The notes under the pieces are model-generated. The model saw nothing but the letters and a program-made list of their open reading frames with translations, was not told where the DNA came from and made no database searches. Shown piece by piece: positions 34,099-44,030 of a DNA stretch of 64,000 bases. The stretch spans positions 109,173 through 173,172 of the forward strand of contig DCUV01000032.1 in the NCBI GenBank assembly GCA_002328585.1, given 5' to 3'. How positions within the stretch are numbered: position 1 is the stretch's first letter; each line of letters begins with the position of its first letter. A program made the position numbers and the translations under genes. Source of the stretch: Spirochaetia bacterium UBA2205 (lineage in GTDB: Bacteria; Spirochaetota; UBA4802; UB4802).

Positions 34099-35913
34099 AT
34101 GGACAACACGGTGAAAAAAATACCATACCGGGATGAAATCCCAGATAATGATAAATGGGATGTAACACCACTGTTTGCTTCAACAGAAGAGTGGGAAAAG
34201 CTTTATGCAGAGATTGAAAATTCTATACATGAATATAATAATTTTGAAGGTAAGCTCCATCAATCATTCTCAATTTTTTTACAGGCTATTGAGTTTGATC
34301 TTTCCATTTCACGCTCACTTGACCGGTTGTTTACCTATGCACACCTCAAAAGCGATGAGGACACAACCAATCAGGATGCTCAGGCAATTTTGCAAAAAGC
34401 TCACTCGCTGTATCAGCGTGTCAGTGAGGCATCAAGCTTTTTAGTGCCTGAGATTCAATCCATACCTGACCCCATTATGAGTAACTATCTGTCAAACCAC
34501 AAGCTTATGCCGTATGTATTCTTTATAGAAAAGATACTTCGGTACAAAGAACATACATTATCAAAAGAAATAGAAGAAATGTTAGCCATGGCCCATGAAA
34601 TAGCCATTGCACCCGCAGAATTTTTTAAAAAACTGGATAATGCCGATATGCGGTTTGGCACAATTGAGGATGAACAGGGCAACACCATTGAATTAAGTCA
34701 CGGCAATTTCATTACATTTTTAATGAGCTATAATCGGGATATACGCAAAAATGCTTTTCATACTTATTACGATGTGTATGCCAGTCATAAATTTAGCATT
34801 TCACAATCACTGGCAAGCTCGGTAAAAAAAGATGTATTTTTCTCACGGGTACGCAGATTTAAAAGCTGTCTTCATCAGGCTTTGTTCCCTGATAATATTC
34901 CAGAAACGGTGTATCATACCTTAATTGACAGTGTGGGAAAAAATCTCAATCCTCTTTTTCATTATTTACACTATCGCAAAGAAGCTCTTGGGTTGGATGA
35001 ACTGCACTTTTATGATACCTATGTTCCCTTAATTCCTGATGTTCCCTTTACCATGGAATATCAGGAAGCAGTTGAAACATGCATAGAAGCATTGACAGTA
35101 CTGGGTGATGATTACACCTCTGTTTTACATGATGGACTGTTATCAGGGTGGGTTGACCGGTATGAAAATCGCGGAAAGATAAGCGGCGCATACTCATCAG
35201 GTTGTTATGATTCACCACCTTACATTCTTTTAAATTATGATAACACCATCAATAGTCTTTACACCTTAATTCACGAATCAGGACACTCAATGCATTCATA
35301 TTTTTCACGAAAATATCAGCCCTATGTATACCATGAATATACTATTTTTGTTGCTGAGGTAGCTTCCACATTAAACGAAATGCTCTTAAGCCACTATCTA
35401 TTAAATAAGTATCAGGACAACCCACTGATGCAGGCATATATTCTTAACCGTGAAATAGACGAGATACGCGGGACATTGTTTAGACAGACAATGTTTGCCG
35501 AATTTGAATTTATCATCCACACAATGGCTGAAAATAATCAGCCTTTAACCTATCAAGCTTTAACAGAAGCCTATGCAGCATTATTACAAAAATATTTTGC
35601 ATCGACTATTGTCATTGATTCTGAATTAAACATGGAGTACCTTAGAATCCCACACTTTTATTCTGCATTTTATGTGTATAAGTACGCAACGGGTATTGCT
35701 GCAGCATTATCACTGGCTCAGATGATACTTAGCAGTGATGACGGGGCAAAAAAATATATGCAATTTTTGGGATTGGGCGGGAGCATGTTTCCGTTAGAAG
35801 AGTTGAAAATAGCAGGAGTGGATATGGAATCTCCTGATGTTATTGTCAATGCATTGCATTATTTTGACAATCTGGTCAATACATTTATTCAGGTGCATAA
35901 ATCTCTTACTTAG
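34099..35913 (+). CDS. pepF: Oligoendopeptidase F (M3B metallopeptidase)
   Basis: ORF track, 604 aa; HExxH zinc site (HESGHSMH) and M3B length; GAGGAG RBS upstream. Confidence 0.9.
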   Translation: MDNTVKKIPYRDEIPDNDKWDVTPLFASTEEWEKLYAEIENSIHEYNNFEGKLHQSFSIFLQAIEFDLSISRSLDRLFTYAHLKSDEDTTNQDAQAILQKAHSLYQRVSEASSFLVPEIQSIPDPIMSNYLSNHKLMPYVFFIEKILRYKEHTLSKEIEEMLAMAHEIAIAPAEFFKKLDNADMRFGTIEDEQGNTIELSHGNFITFLMSYNRDIRKNAFHTYYDVYASHKFSISQSLASSVKKDVFFSRVRRFKSCLHQALFPDNIPETVYHTLIDSVGKNLNPLFHYLHYRKEALGLDELHFYDTYVPLIPDVPFTMEYQEAVETCIEALTVLGDDYTSVLHDGLLSGWVDRYENRGKISGAYSSGCYDSPPYILLNYDNTINSLYTLIHESGHSMHSYFSRKYQPYVYHEYTIFVAEVASTLNEMLLSHYLLNKYQDNPLMQAYILNREIDEIRGTLFRQTMFAEFEFIIHTMAENNQPLTYQALTEAYAALLQKYFASTIVIDSELNMEYLRIPHFYSAFYVYKYATGIAAALSLAQMILSSDDGAKKYMQFLGLGGSMFPLEELKIAGVDMESPDVIVNALHYFDNLVNTFIQVHKSLT

Positions 35914-38147
35914 GGAGATAGTTTTTGTAATAGTCGTTGTGCTTTTATATTCCCTGCATCCAGCTTTAAGATTTGTTTGCAATATTGTATTGCATCATCC
36001 TTCCTTTCTAAAGCTTTGCAGATAGCTGCCATACTATAAAGAGCAGGAATGTATGATGATTGCATGGTTAATGCCTGTGATGCAGCATTGTATGCTTCTT
36101 CAAATTGATTTTTTTTGTAATGGACTATGGCCAGCAAATAGTGTGCAAAACTGTTATCAGGTTTTTTTGCAATATAATCAACAAGGTAGGGAAGTGCTCT
36201 GTCATAGTGATGTATATAAATATATGAACGTGACAATAATAGCAGAGCATTTATATCTTGAGGATTCATAATAACTGCTTTTTTCAGTTCTTCAATTGCT
36301 AAATTAAATTTCTTTTCGTGAACAAGCTGCTCTCCTCTTTCACGATGCTGTAATGCATTATATAAAATCGGGTCTAATTCCAGAAAAACAAATGTCATGT
36401 CATCTCTTGGAGGTGTCCCGCCAAGAAATTTTTCCCACTCTGCAATAATATAATCCCTTGCCTCCTCAATTGACATGTTCACTGTTTCTGATACAAGCCT
36501 TTCAACACGCTCATCACCAAACTCTTCATTATTCCAATTTCGCGATTCGGGCAAACCATCAGTGTATAGAAACACTCTGTCACCAGACTCCAGTATTCCA
36601 AAATTATCCTCAAAAAGGCTCCCAACCTCTTCATCTGGCAATGCTCCCAAAAAGATACCACCGGTATCCCAGTACGTTATAGTTCCTGATTGCCGTTTAT
36701 ATACCACTGCTTTACGATGTGAAGCGTTTGCATACATGACATCAAAGGTAGGAAATATCACCATAAAAAATACTGTAGCGTACTCCTGTGTGCGAATTAT
36801 ATTGACCAGTTGCTTATTGACATCAGCAAAGATTCTTCTGGGTAGCAAATAGTTACTGCACGATTCACGGAAACTAATCTTAACCATGGTACTTATCAAA
36901 GCAGCAGGGATACCATGCCCTGAAACATCAGCAATAAGGACACCTATACAATTATCCTGCATCTGTATAATATCATAAAGGTCGCCACCAATATCGCTGG
37001 ATGCCCTGTTATAAGCTACAATCTTGACTGCATTATGCACAAAAGGTGTTTGCGGCAAAATACCCTGTTGTATGTTTGCAGCTATTCTGAGCTCTTTTGC
37101 AATTAAATCATTTTTTTCTTTAAGGCTTGTTAGCGCTTTATTCAATTCTTCTGTTCTTTCTTCAACTTTTTGTTCAAGATTTTTTCGTATATCATTAACC
37201 TCATAAGCAGCGGCAATAAACCCTTTACTGGTATTGATAAGCTCTTTATCAAGATATGGCAAAAAGAGCAAACCACTTCCCCCGCGGGCTAAATCAACAG
37301 CCGCCGACTCAATCTCGCCTAACGATTCTTCAATAGAAAGTAAATAAAAGAACAAAATAACAAATACAAGTATTCCTGTTATTGATATAAACATCAGCGG
37401 TATTATTGAAAACAACTCATAGTTGTTATAATACACCATTACACCCAATTCAAACATGGCAACCATAACCATAATATTGATGAAAATAAATTTACCCCTT
37501 ATACTTAAGATATACCGCTCATCAAATGATATGCCACGTTTTACCAGTAACCATTTTATTTTGCGACGCATTCTTCCAGACAAAAGTTCAGCTACTATAT
37601 ACGTTAAAAATATATAGATAAAAATTGCTGATGCAATACCCAATAAAAGAAAAAGCGCATTGGCGATAGTTCCTTTGATTGCTTCGTACAGACAGCAAAC
37701 AACCATAACTATGGAAGGATAAATCAATGCAGCAGCCATATTATCACGTGGAAGATGTTCCAGCGCATGAAGAAGTTGCAGAGCTTCTTCATCGCTCATT
37801 GTTTGATGCAACGTATTATGTTCAATATATTTATTGATGAGCGAAAGCCGCTTTGTAAAACAGGGAATGCCTGCTTTATACAACAGACCAAAGTGCAGAT
37901 AATATAACGGAGCATAAACAAATACCGTAAAACCTGAAAAAAGCATCACAAAATCTGACCCTGTATTACTGATATTAAACCTTACCGTCGCAATAAGAAA
38001 AAGAGCTATATATGCAGCAATGATAAAGCCGCCTAAACTTGTAGTAAAAGCTATTCCAAATGTATAGGAAATACGCTCACTGAAAAAATTGAATATAGTA
38101 TAAAAGGGCTTTATTGCCCATGATTCAAATTTTTGTATCAAAATCAT
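35910..38147 (-). CDS. Membrane-anchored PP2C/SpoIIE-type serine phosphatase with C-terminal TPR repeats (RsbU-like, 745 aa)
   Basis: ORF track; N-terminal multi-TM region, coiled-coil linker, PP2C motifs (GGDLYD, ADVSGHG, LYTDGL), TPR at C-terminus. Confidence 0.8.
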   Translation of the reverse strand: MILIQKFESWAIKPFYTIFNFFSERISYTFGIAFTTSLGGFIIAAYIALFLIATVRFNISNTGSDFVMLFSGFTVFVYAPLYYLHFGLLYKAGIPCFTKRLSLINKYIEHNTLHQTMSDEEALQLLHALEHLPRDNMAAALIYPSIVMVVCCLYEAIKGTIANALFLLLGIASAIFIYIFLTYIVAELLSGRMRRKIKWLLVKRGISFDERYILSIRGKFIFINIMVMVAMFELGVMVYYNNYELFSIIPLMFISITGILVFVILFFYLLSIEESLGEIESAAVDLARGGSGLLFLPYLDKELINTSKGFIAAAYEVNDIRKNLEQKVEERTEELNKALTSLKEKNDLIAKELRIAANIQQGILPQTPFVHNAVKIVAYNRASSDIGGDLYDIIQMQDNCIGVLIADVSGHGIPAALISTMVKISFRESCSNYLLPRRIFADVNKQLVNIIRTQEYATVFFMVIFPTFDVMYANASHRKAVVYKRQSGTITYWDTGGIFLGALPDEEVGSLFEDNFGILESGDRVFLYTDGLPESRNWNNEEFGDERVERLVSETVNMSIEEARDYIIAEWEKFLGGTPPRDDMTFVFLELDPILYNALQHRERGEQLVHEKKFNLAIEELKKAVIMNPQDINALLLLSRSYIYIHHYDRALPYLVDYIAKKPDNSFAHYLLAIVHYKKNQFEEAYNAASQALTMQSSYIPALYSMAAICKALERKDDAIQYCKQILKLDAGNIKAQRLLQKLSP

Positions 38148-38488
38148 AATGATGTCCTAAAACGTATAGTATTTAAGATATTTAGTATATAATTTTAAAG
38201 TGTAATATTTATGCAAAAAAATCAACCAAAAAAATTATTATGATAATTGCAATAATACTCACCATTTAAAAATTGTTCATCGCCATGTCCGTGCTGAGTA
38301 AAAAAGAGCGTCAAAACTCATTCCCCAATTATTTAAATGATGAATAATCGACTTTATAGATGAATCCTTCTATTCCAATTTTACCTATTTTTTTAGGTAC
38401 TTATATAATTTTACAGTTGACGTAGCTCCAAAAGCACCATACAGTATAAGAAATACATGCATTACATTATGAGTTACCCTTAAAAATC

Positions 38489-40090
38489 ATGGATGATGCA
38501 AAACCACAAACTATTGCAACCACTGTGCTGGTTGTTGATGACGAGGAATCAATACGGGACATCCTTTCACGCTATCTTCAATTGAAAGGATATGCAGTAC
38601 TTACAGCCGGTAATGGACATAGTGCCATGGACATTCTTCTATCACAAGCGGTTGATCTTGTATTGACAGATCTTAACATGCCCAATGTGAACGGCCGGGA
38701 ACTCCTGAAAAGGATGGCGGAAAAATTTCCTGATATTCCCAAGATAGTGCTTAGCGGCTATGGTAGCAATGAGGATATGCTTGTTGCTTTAAAAAGCGGA
38801 GCATATGATTTTATCCAGAAACCGTTAACCGATTTTGGGATACTGGATAAATCAGTTGAGAGGGCTATTGAAAGAAAAAAACTTAAGGAAGAACGTGACC
38901 GCTATATTCAGCAAATTACCCGATTAAATGAAATAATAGGGTTGTTAAACAAGGGTGCTGCATTTGAAGAGATTTTTGATATTATAGCAAAAAGTCTGAA
39001 CAATGCAATTCCATTTGATCGTCTGGCAGTAGCTATCATCAATGATGCCGGGCAGGTAGAAACACGTCTTGTATCATCAACAAAAAATATTTTAATAAAT
39101 ATTAATGATAAGTTTCCCTTAAGCGATTCTTCATTACTCAAAGTTTCTGAAACAAAGCAATATCACATCATCAATGATTTAGAAGAATACTACAGGCAAA
39201 ATCCTTCATCTGAAAGAACAAAACTTCTTTTACAGGAAGGTATGCGCTCCAGCATGACCATACCGCTCATTATTGCCAACCGATTAAAAGGTTTTCTGCT
39301 TTTTGCATCTGTTCAACCCAATGCCTTTAACAATGATCATATCCAATTTGCTGAAACCATAAGCGGACATATTGTATTCAGTATACAGCGTGGCGAACTG
39401 CTTCATGAACTTGATATGTATAACAAAAAGTTAGAGCAAATTGTAAAGATACGCACTCATCAATTGCTTAAAACTCAGAAAGCTACAATATTTGCACTCA
39501 GCAGTTTGACCGAGCTTCGCGATCCTGAAACAGGCTACCATCTTGACCGTATGCGCATCTACTGTATGCTCCTTGCACAGATTGCAAAATATTCAGGAGC
39601 TGTGTTAGAAATAAGCAATCAATACCTTCGTGATTTATACGATTCATCTATTTTGCATGATATTGGCAAGGTTGGGATACCTGATATTATATTGTTAAAA
39701 CCAGGGAAACTAACCCATGAAGAATTTGAAATAATTAAGACCCATACAACCATTGGCTATAATGCATTAAAACGTGCTTCGCAGGAGATGGGACAGGACT
39801 CATTTTTATCCATGGCAATGGATGTTACGTTATATCACCATGAGACATGGGATGGAACAGGATATCCTTATGGGCTTTCAGAAGATGAAATCCCATTATC
39901 AGCGCGCATAGTAACCATTGTCGATGTTTATGATGCACTCACAACCATACGCCCCTATAAAGAAGCATATAGCCATCAAAAATCTATTGAAATAATGAAA
40001 AGTGAACCACACCGATATGATCCACACCTTTTTGAACTGTTTATACAAAATGCAGATGACTTTGATGCAATCCGACAAAAATATCAGTAA
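38489..40090 (+). CDS. Response regulator with REC + GAF + HD-GYP domains (c-di-GMP phosphodiesterase)
   Basis: ORF track, 533 aa; receiver Asp (LVLTDLNMP), HD (ILHDIGKVGIPD) and HHETWDGTGYPYGL HD-GYP signature. Confidence 0.85.
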   Translation: MDDAKPQTIATTVLVVDDEESIRDILSRYLQLKGYAVLTAGNGHSAMDILLSQAVDLVLTDLNMPNVNGRELLKRMAEKFPDIPKIVLSGYGSNEDMLVALKSGAYDFIQKPLTDFGILDKSVERAIERKKLKEERDRYIQQITRLNEIIGLLNKGAAFEEIFDIIAKSLNNAIPFDRLAVAIINDAGQVETRLVSSTKNILININDKFPLSDSSLLKVSETKQYHIINDLEEYYRQNPSSERTKLLLQEGMRSSMTIPLIIANRLKGFLLFASVQPNAFNNDHIQFAETISGHIVFSIQRGELLHELDMYNKKLEQIVKIRTHQLLKTQKATIFALSSLTELRDPETGYHLDRMRIYCMLLAQIAKYSGAVLEISNQYLRDLYDSSILHDIGKVGIPDIILLKPGKLTHEEFEIIKTHTTIGYNALKRASQEMGQDSFLSMAMDVTLYHHETWDGTGYPYGLSEDEIPLSARIVTIVDVYDALTTIRPYKEAYSHQKSIEIMKSEPHRYDPHLFELFIQNADDFDAIRQKYQ

Positions 40091-40130
40091 ATTGGGCGGC
40101 AGTATTAGCTATTATCACTGAAACAAAATT

Positions 40131-41051
40131 TTGCATTTATTGCAGCATAAACTATATTTCTTAATAAAGGCTCTTACTATCATTAAATCGGGGAAAATCA
40201 TGCAAACACAATATCGCTTTGGTGGACCTATTACAACATCACTTAAGAAAATTATAGTTTTTACCAGCGTTGTCTATATCATACAGCTTTTTGGCAACAT
40301 TGTTGCACCTGGTTTAATCGAATACACATTTGGCATCCACCATATTGGATTTATTCATGAATTTAAGCTGTGGCAACCTGTTACGTATATGTTTTTACAT
40401 GGAAATTTTTTTCATATATTTTTCAATATGTTTGCCCTGTGGATGTTTGGCTGTGATTTAGAAGAGCTTTTTGGAAGCAAAAACTTTATGCGCTTTTACC
40501 TGTACAGTGGTATTGGCGCAGGGATTGGGATTGCTTTTATGAATTATTATATTTATGCTACCAATGGATATAATCCCGTGACAATAGGAGCTTCAGGTGC
40601 CATCTATGCAATTCTTCTGGCATATGGGATGATATGGCCTGACAGAGAGGTCCTTCTTTATTTTATTTTCCCAATCAAGATGAAATATTTAGTTTTACTT
40701 TTTGGTGGCATAGAATTTTTTGGCACTATCGCATCAGCACAGGGGTTGGGTGGTAACGTAAGCCATATCGGTCATTTAGGTGGTTTTATTACGGGATTTA
40801 TTCTTTTAAAAACAAGATTCTGGTTACGCCAAAAAACTTCATTTAATCCATTTGCTTCAATTACCAGGAACTATCGCCTGGCAAAACATAAAAAAAGAAT
40901 TGATGATCGCATTAAGGCAAAGGAGATTATTGATACACTTCTTGATAAAATTACCCATTATGGCTATAATTCGCTTACACCTGAAGAAAAACAAAAATTA
41001 GAATGGGCACGCAGACATTACTATCCTGACAACAATGATATAATTCATTAA
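40131..41051 (+). CDS. Rhomboid family intramembrane serine protease
   Basis: ORF track; catalytic GASGAIYA (Ser) and HIGHLGG (His); likelier start is the ATG at 40200 (MQTQYRF...) after GGGGAAAA. Confidence 0.8.
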   Translation: MHLLQHKLYFLIKALTIIKSGKIMQTQYRFGGPITTSLKKIIVFTSVVYIIQLFGNIVAPGLIEYTFGIHHIGFIHEFKLWQPVTYMFLHGNFFHIFFNMFALWMFGCDLEELFGSKNFMRFYLYSGIGAGIGIAFMNYYIYATNGYNPVTIGASGAIYAILLAYGMIWPDREVLLYFIFPIKMKYLVLLFGGIEFFGTIASAQGLGGNVSHIGHLGGFITGFILLKTRFWLRQKTSFNPFASITRNYRLAKHKKRIDDRIKAKEIIDTLLDKITHYGYNSLTPEEKQKLEWARRHYYPDNNDIIH

Positions 41052-41103
41052 TGGCGGCGATAGCTACTGTAAATCAATATCTTCTTGACAACCTATGGAA
41101 GCA

Positions 41104-41116
41104 GTGACAATGTCAC
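41104..41116. promoter_or_regulatory. Palindrome GTGACA-A-TGTCAC nested in GCAGTG...CACTGC upstream of paaK; candidate operator
   Basis: Read directly at 41101-41124, adjacent to a TTGACA hexamer at 41084-41089. Confidence 0.3.
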
Positions 41117-41196
41117 AGCACTGCCATCGTAGAAATGGGCCATAGTTCCACTTCTATAGTACAGTAAACGTGTGTACATTTTTAAAAGAGGTTGCC

Positions 41197-42492
41197 ATGT
41201 ACTGGAATAACAATATTGAAACTATCAGCAGAAAAGATCTTGAAACACTGCAGCTTACAAAACTAAAGAAAACACTGCAGGCTGCCAGCGTTACCCCCTT
41301 TTATAAAAAGGTATTTACAGAAAACAACATTAATATAGAGGCAATCAAAACACTGGAGCATATCAAAGACTTGCCATTTACAACAAAAAATGACCTTCGC
41401 TTAAGCTATCCTGATGGTATGGTGGCAGTACCTAAAAAAATGGTTGTGCGGATGCATGCTTCCTCGGGAACAACCGGTAAATCCACTGTTATTTTTTACA
41501 CTGCTAAAGACATTAGTGACTGGGCTGATCTGGTTGCACGGTGCATGGTTGCCACTGGTGCAACACAAGATGATGTTTTCCAGAATATGATGGGCTATGG
41601 GCTTTTTACCGGTGGGTTGGGATTACATTATGGTGCTGAGATGTTAGGATGTATGGTAATACCTTCATCCTCAGGGAACACGCTACGCCAGATTCAGTTA
41701 ATTCAGGATTTTGAAACAACCATTATACATATCACACCAAGCTATTGTCTGCACATGGTAGAAGCAATACGTGCTGAAGGGATTGATCCATACGAGCTGA
41801 CATTGAAAAAAGCATATCTGGGCGCTGAGCCATATTCCGAAGCAACCCGAAAAAAGATTGAAGAACAATGTGGTATAGACGCATATAATTCATATGGCTT
41901 AAGTGAAATGAACGGACCTGGTGTTGCTTTTGAGTGTACCTATAAAAATGGCATGCATATCTGGGAAGATTACTATATTGTTGAGATAATCAATCCTGAA
42001 ACAGGTGAAGTATTACAACCTGGTGAAGAAGGCGAGCTTGTATTAACCCATATTAACCGTGAAGCTATGCCAATTTTACGATATCGAACTCGCGATCTCA
42101 CCCGTATTATACCCGAACCATGCCAATGTGGGCGCACCCATTATCGCATTGATCGTATAAAAGGGCGTACAGACGATATGCTCATTGTAAGTGGTGTAAA
42201 TGTATTCCCTTCACAGATAGAAACTGTCCTTATGAAGTTTCCCGAAATTGGCAATAACTATCAGATCATACTTGACCGTGAAAATAATTTAGACCGAATG
42301 CATATTAAGGTTGAGCTATACTCAAAACTTTTTCATGGTGATATTAAAGAGATTGATCACATTAAGAGTAAACTCAAAGAAGCTCTGAAAGCACTTATTA
42401 CTATTAATCCTCGTATTGATTTATTAGAGCCAGGCTCATTGCCACCCAGTGAAGGGAAAGCCAAACGTGTTTTTGACAACCGTATGTTATAA
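41197..42492 (+). CDS. paaK: Phenylacetate-CoA ligase
   Basis: ORF 41170 (GTG)..42492 trimmed to the ATG at 41197 after AGAGG; PaaK adenylate-forming motifs (SSGTTGK, YGLSEM); followed by an ACT protein as in anaerobe aryl-acid clusters. Confidence 0.85.
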   Translation: MYWNNNIETISRKDLETLQLTKLKKTLQAASVTPFYKKVFTENNINIEAIKTLEHIKDLPFTTKNDLRLSYPDGMVAVPKKMVVRMHASSGTTGKSTVIFYTAKDISDWADLVARCMVATGATQDDVFQNMMGYGLFTGGLGLHYGAEMLGCMVIPSSSGNTLRQIQLIQDFETTIIHITPSYCLHMVEAIRAEGIDPYELTLKKAYLGAEPYSEATRKKIEEQCGIDAYNSYGLSEMNGPGVAFECTYKNGMHIWEDYYIVEIINPETGEVLQPGEEGELVLTHINREAMPILRYRTRDLTRIIPEPCQCGRTHYRIDRIKGRTDDMLIVSGVNVFPSQIETVLMKFPEIGNNYQIILDRENNLDRMHIKVELYSKLFHGDIKEIDHIKSKLKEALKALITINPRIDLLEPGSLPPSEGKAKRVFDNRML

Positions 42493-42632
42493 ATATGGAG
42501 TATATAAAACGTTACTTGTCAATATGCTTGAGGGTGCGAAACATTGTAAAATCTTTTTGTTAATTGTTGAACGCATGAAAAAAGCTGTTGTTAACACTAT
42601 CAATAATAATTATGCAGCTATGGAGGTGTACT

Positions 42633-43061
42633 ATGGCATATCAGGTATCTGTGTTTGCAGAAAATAAACCAGGAAAAATTGAGCGAATAACCAATGTTCT
42701 TGCAAGTCAGAATATTAATATCAGGGCTATTACCATCAATGATTCTGGTGATTACGGCATTATTAAACTTTTGCTGGATCGCCCAGAGGATGGGTGTACT
42801 GCATTAAAAGATGAAGGTATTGCTGCCACATTGAAAGAGATAGTTGCTGTGAAAATACAGGACAAGCCAGGTAGTCTCCATAAAGTTGCTGCACTACTAA
42901 AAGAACATTCTATTAACGTTGACGATGCTTATGGATTTACTATCAAACCACATGAAGAGTCAGCATTTGTGTTTCAGGTAGACAATCCTAAAGCAGCAGA
43001 AAAAGTATTACGAGACTCAGGATATCAATTGCTTGCTGATAAAGAATTATATTTACTGTAA
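42633..43061 (+). CDS. ACT-domain protein (tandem ACT, 142 aa)
   Basis: ORF 42588.. trimmed to the ATG at 42633 after GGAGGTG; ACT-like pattern (VSVFAENKPGKIERIT...; KIQDKPGSLHKVAALL). Confidence 0.7.
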   Translation: MAYQVSVFAENKPGKIERITNVLASQNINIRAITINDSGDYGIIKLLLDRPEDGCTALKDEGIAATLKEIVAVKIQDKPGSLHKVAALLKEHSINVDDAYGFTIKPHEESAFVFQVDNPKAAEKVLRDSGYQLLADKELYLL

Positions 43062-43178
43062 GGATACTTCCCAATCGGTAGATTAAGCTTTTCATGCAAT
43101 GTTTGGCATGCTATTTTTTTAATACTCATACAATGAATATTTAAATAAGTAATTTCATTATTTGCTAAAAGGTTAACA

Positions 43179-44030
43179 ATGTCTACACAACACAAACTAA
43201 TTATTGGCAATTGTATGTCCATGGAAGAAATTCCTGATGAAAGCATACACCTCATGGTTACCTCGCCACCCTATTTTAATGCGCCTTTTGATTATAAGGA
43301 GCTTTTTAAAAACTATGATCACTATCTTGGTGTTTTAACTAAAGTTGCACAAGAAATATACCGTGTTTTACAGGATGGACGTATAGCAGTTTTAAATATT
43401 GATGATATGTTAGTCAATGGGGAAAAATTCCCTATTGTTGCTGATGCTACAAAAATTTTCCAGAACGCTGGTTTTAGATATCGAGACAGAATTATATGGA
43501 AAAAACCTGATGGTTATTTAAGAATAAGCAAGCGAAGTGGTGTTTTATTACAGAACCCATATCCCATGTATTTTTATCCTGATAACCTCCTTGAAAGCAT
43601 ACTGATATTTCAAAAAGGGAAATTTATCTATCGTTCTATTTCAAAAGAAACAAGAGAGGATTCAAAGATAGATGTAAAAGAATTTTCTAATAATAAATGG
43701 TATATGACTCTTTGGGAGATGGTAAATGTATTACCAGGCTCTACTCTTGAAAAAGATATTGCTGCTTTTCCGGAAGAGTTACCTTATAGGATAATTACTT
43801 TATTTTCATATAAAGGAGAAACTATACTAGATCCTTTTGCGGGAAGTGGTACTACCATGAAAGTAGCACGGAAATTACAAAGGAATAGCATTGGTATAGA
43901 AATAAAAAAGTCTTTAATCCCTACAATCACAAAAAAAGTTGGGTTTGAAGGACAATTAACTTTTGACAACAACATAGATTCCTTTGAAGTAATAATACGA
44001 GAAAATGTAAAATATGGATGTGTTAGCTAA
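43179..44030 (+). CDS. Beta-class DNA amino-methyltransferase, PvuII-like (likely N4-cytosine, possibly N6-adenine)
   Basis: ORF track, 283 aa; motif IV SPPY near the N-terminus (IHLMVTSPPY, very close to the recalled M.PvuII ISLVMTSPPF) and motif I DPFAGSGTT near the C-terminus; ~30% GC. Confidence 0.85.
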   Translation: MSTQHKLIIGNCMSMEEIPDESIHLMVTSPPYFNAPFDYKELFKNYDHYLGVLTKVAQEIYRVLQDGRIAVLNIDDMLVNGEKFPIVADATKIFQNAGFRYRDRIIWKKPDGYLRISKRSGVLLQNPYPMYFYPDNLLESILIFQKGKFIYRSISKETREDSKIDVKEFSNNKWYMTLWEMVNVLPGSTLEKDIAAFPEELPYRIITLFSYKGETILDPFAGSGTTMKVARKLQRNSIGIEIKKSLIPTITKKVGFEGQLTFDNNIDSFEVIIRENVKYGCVS

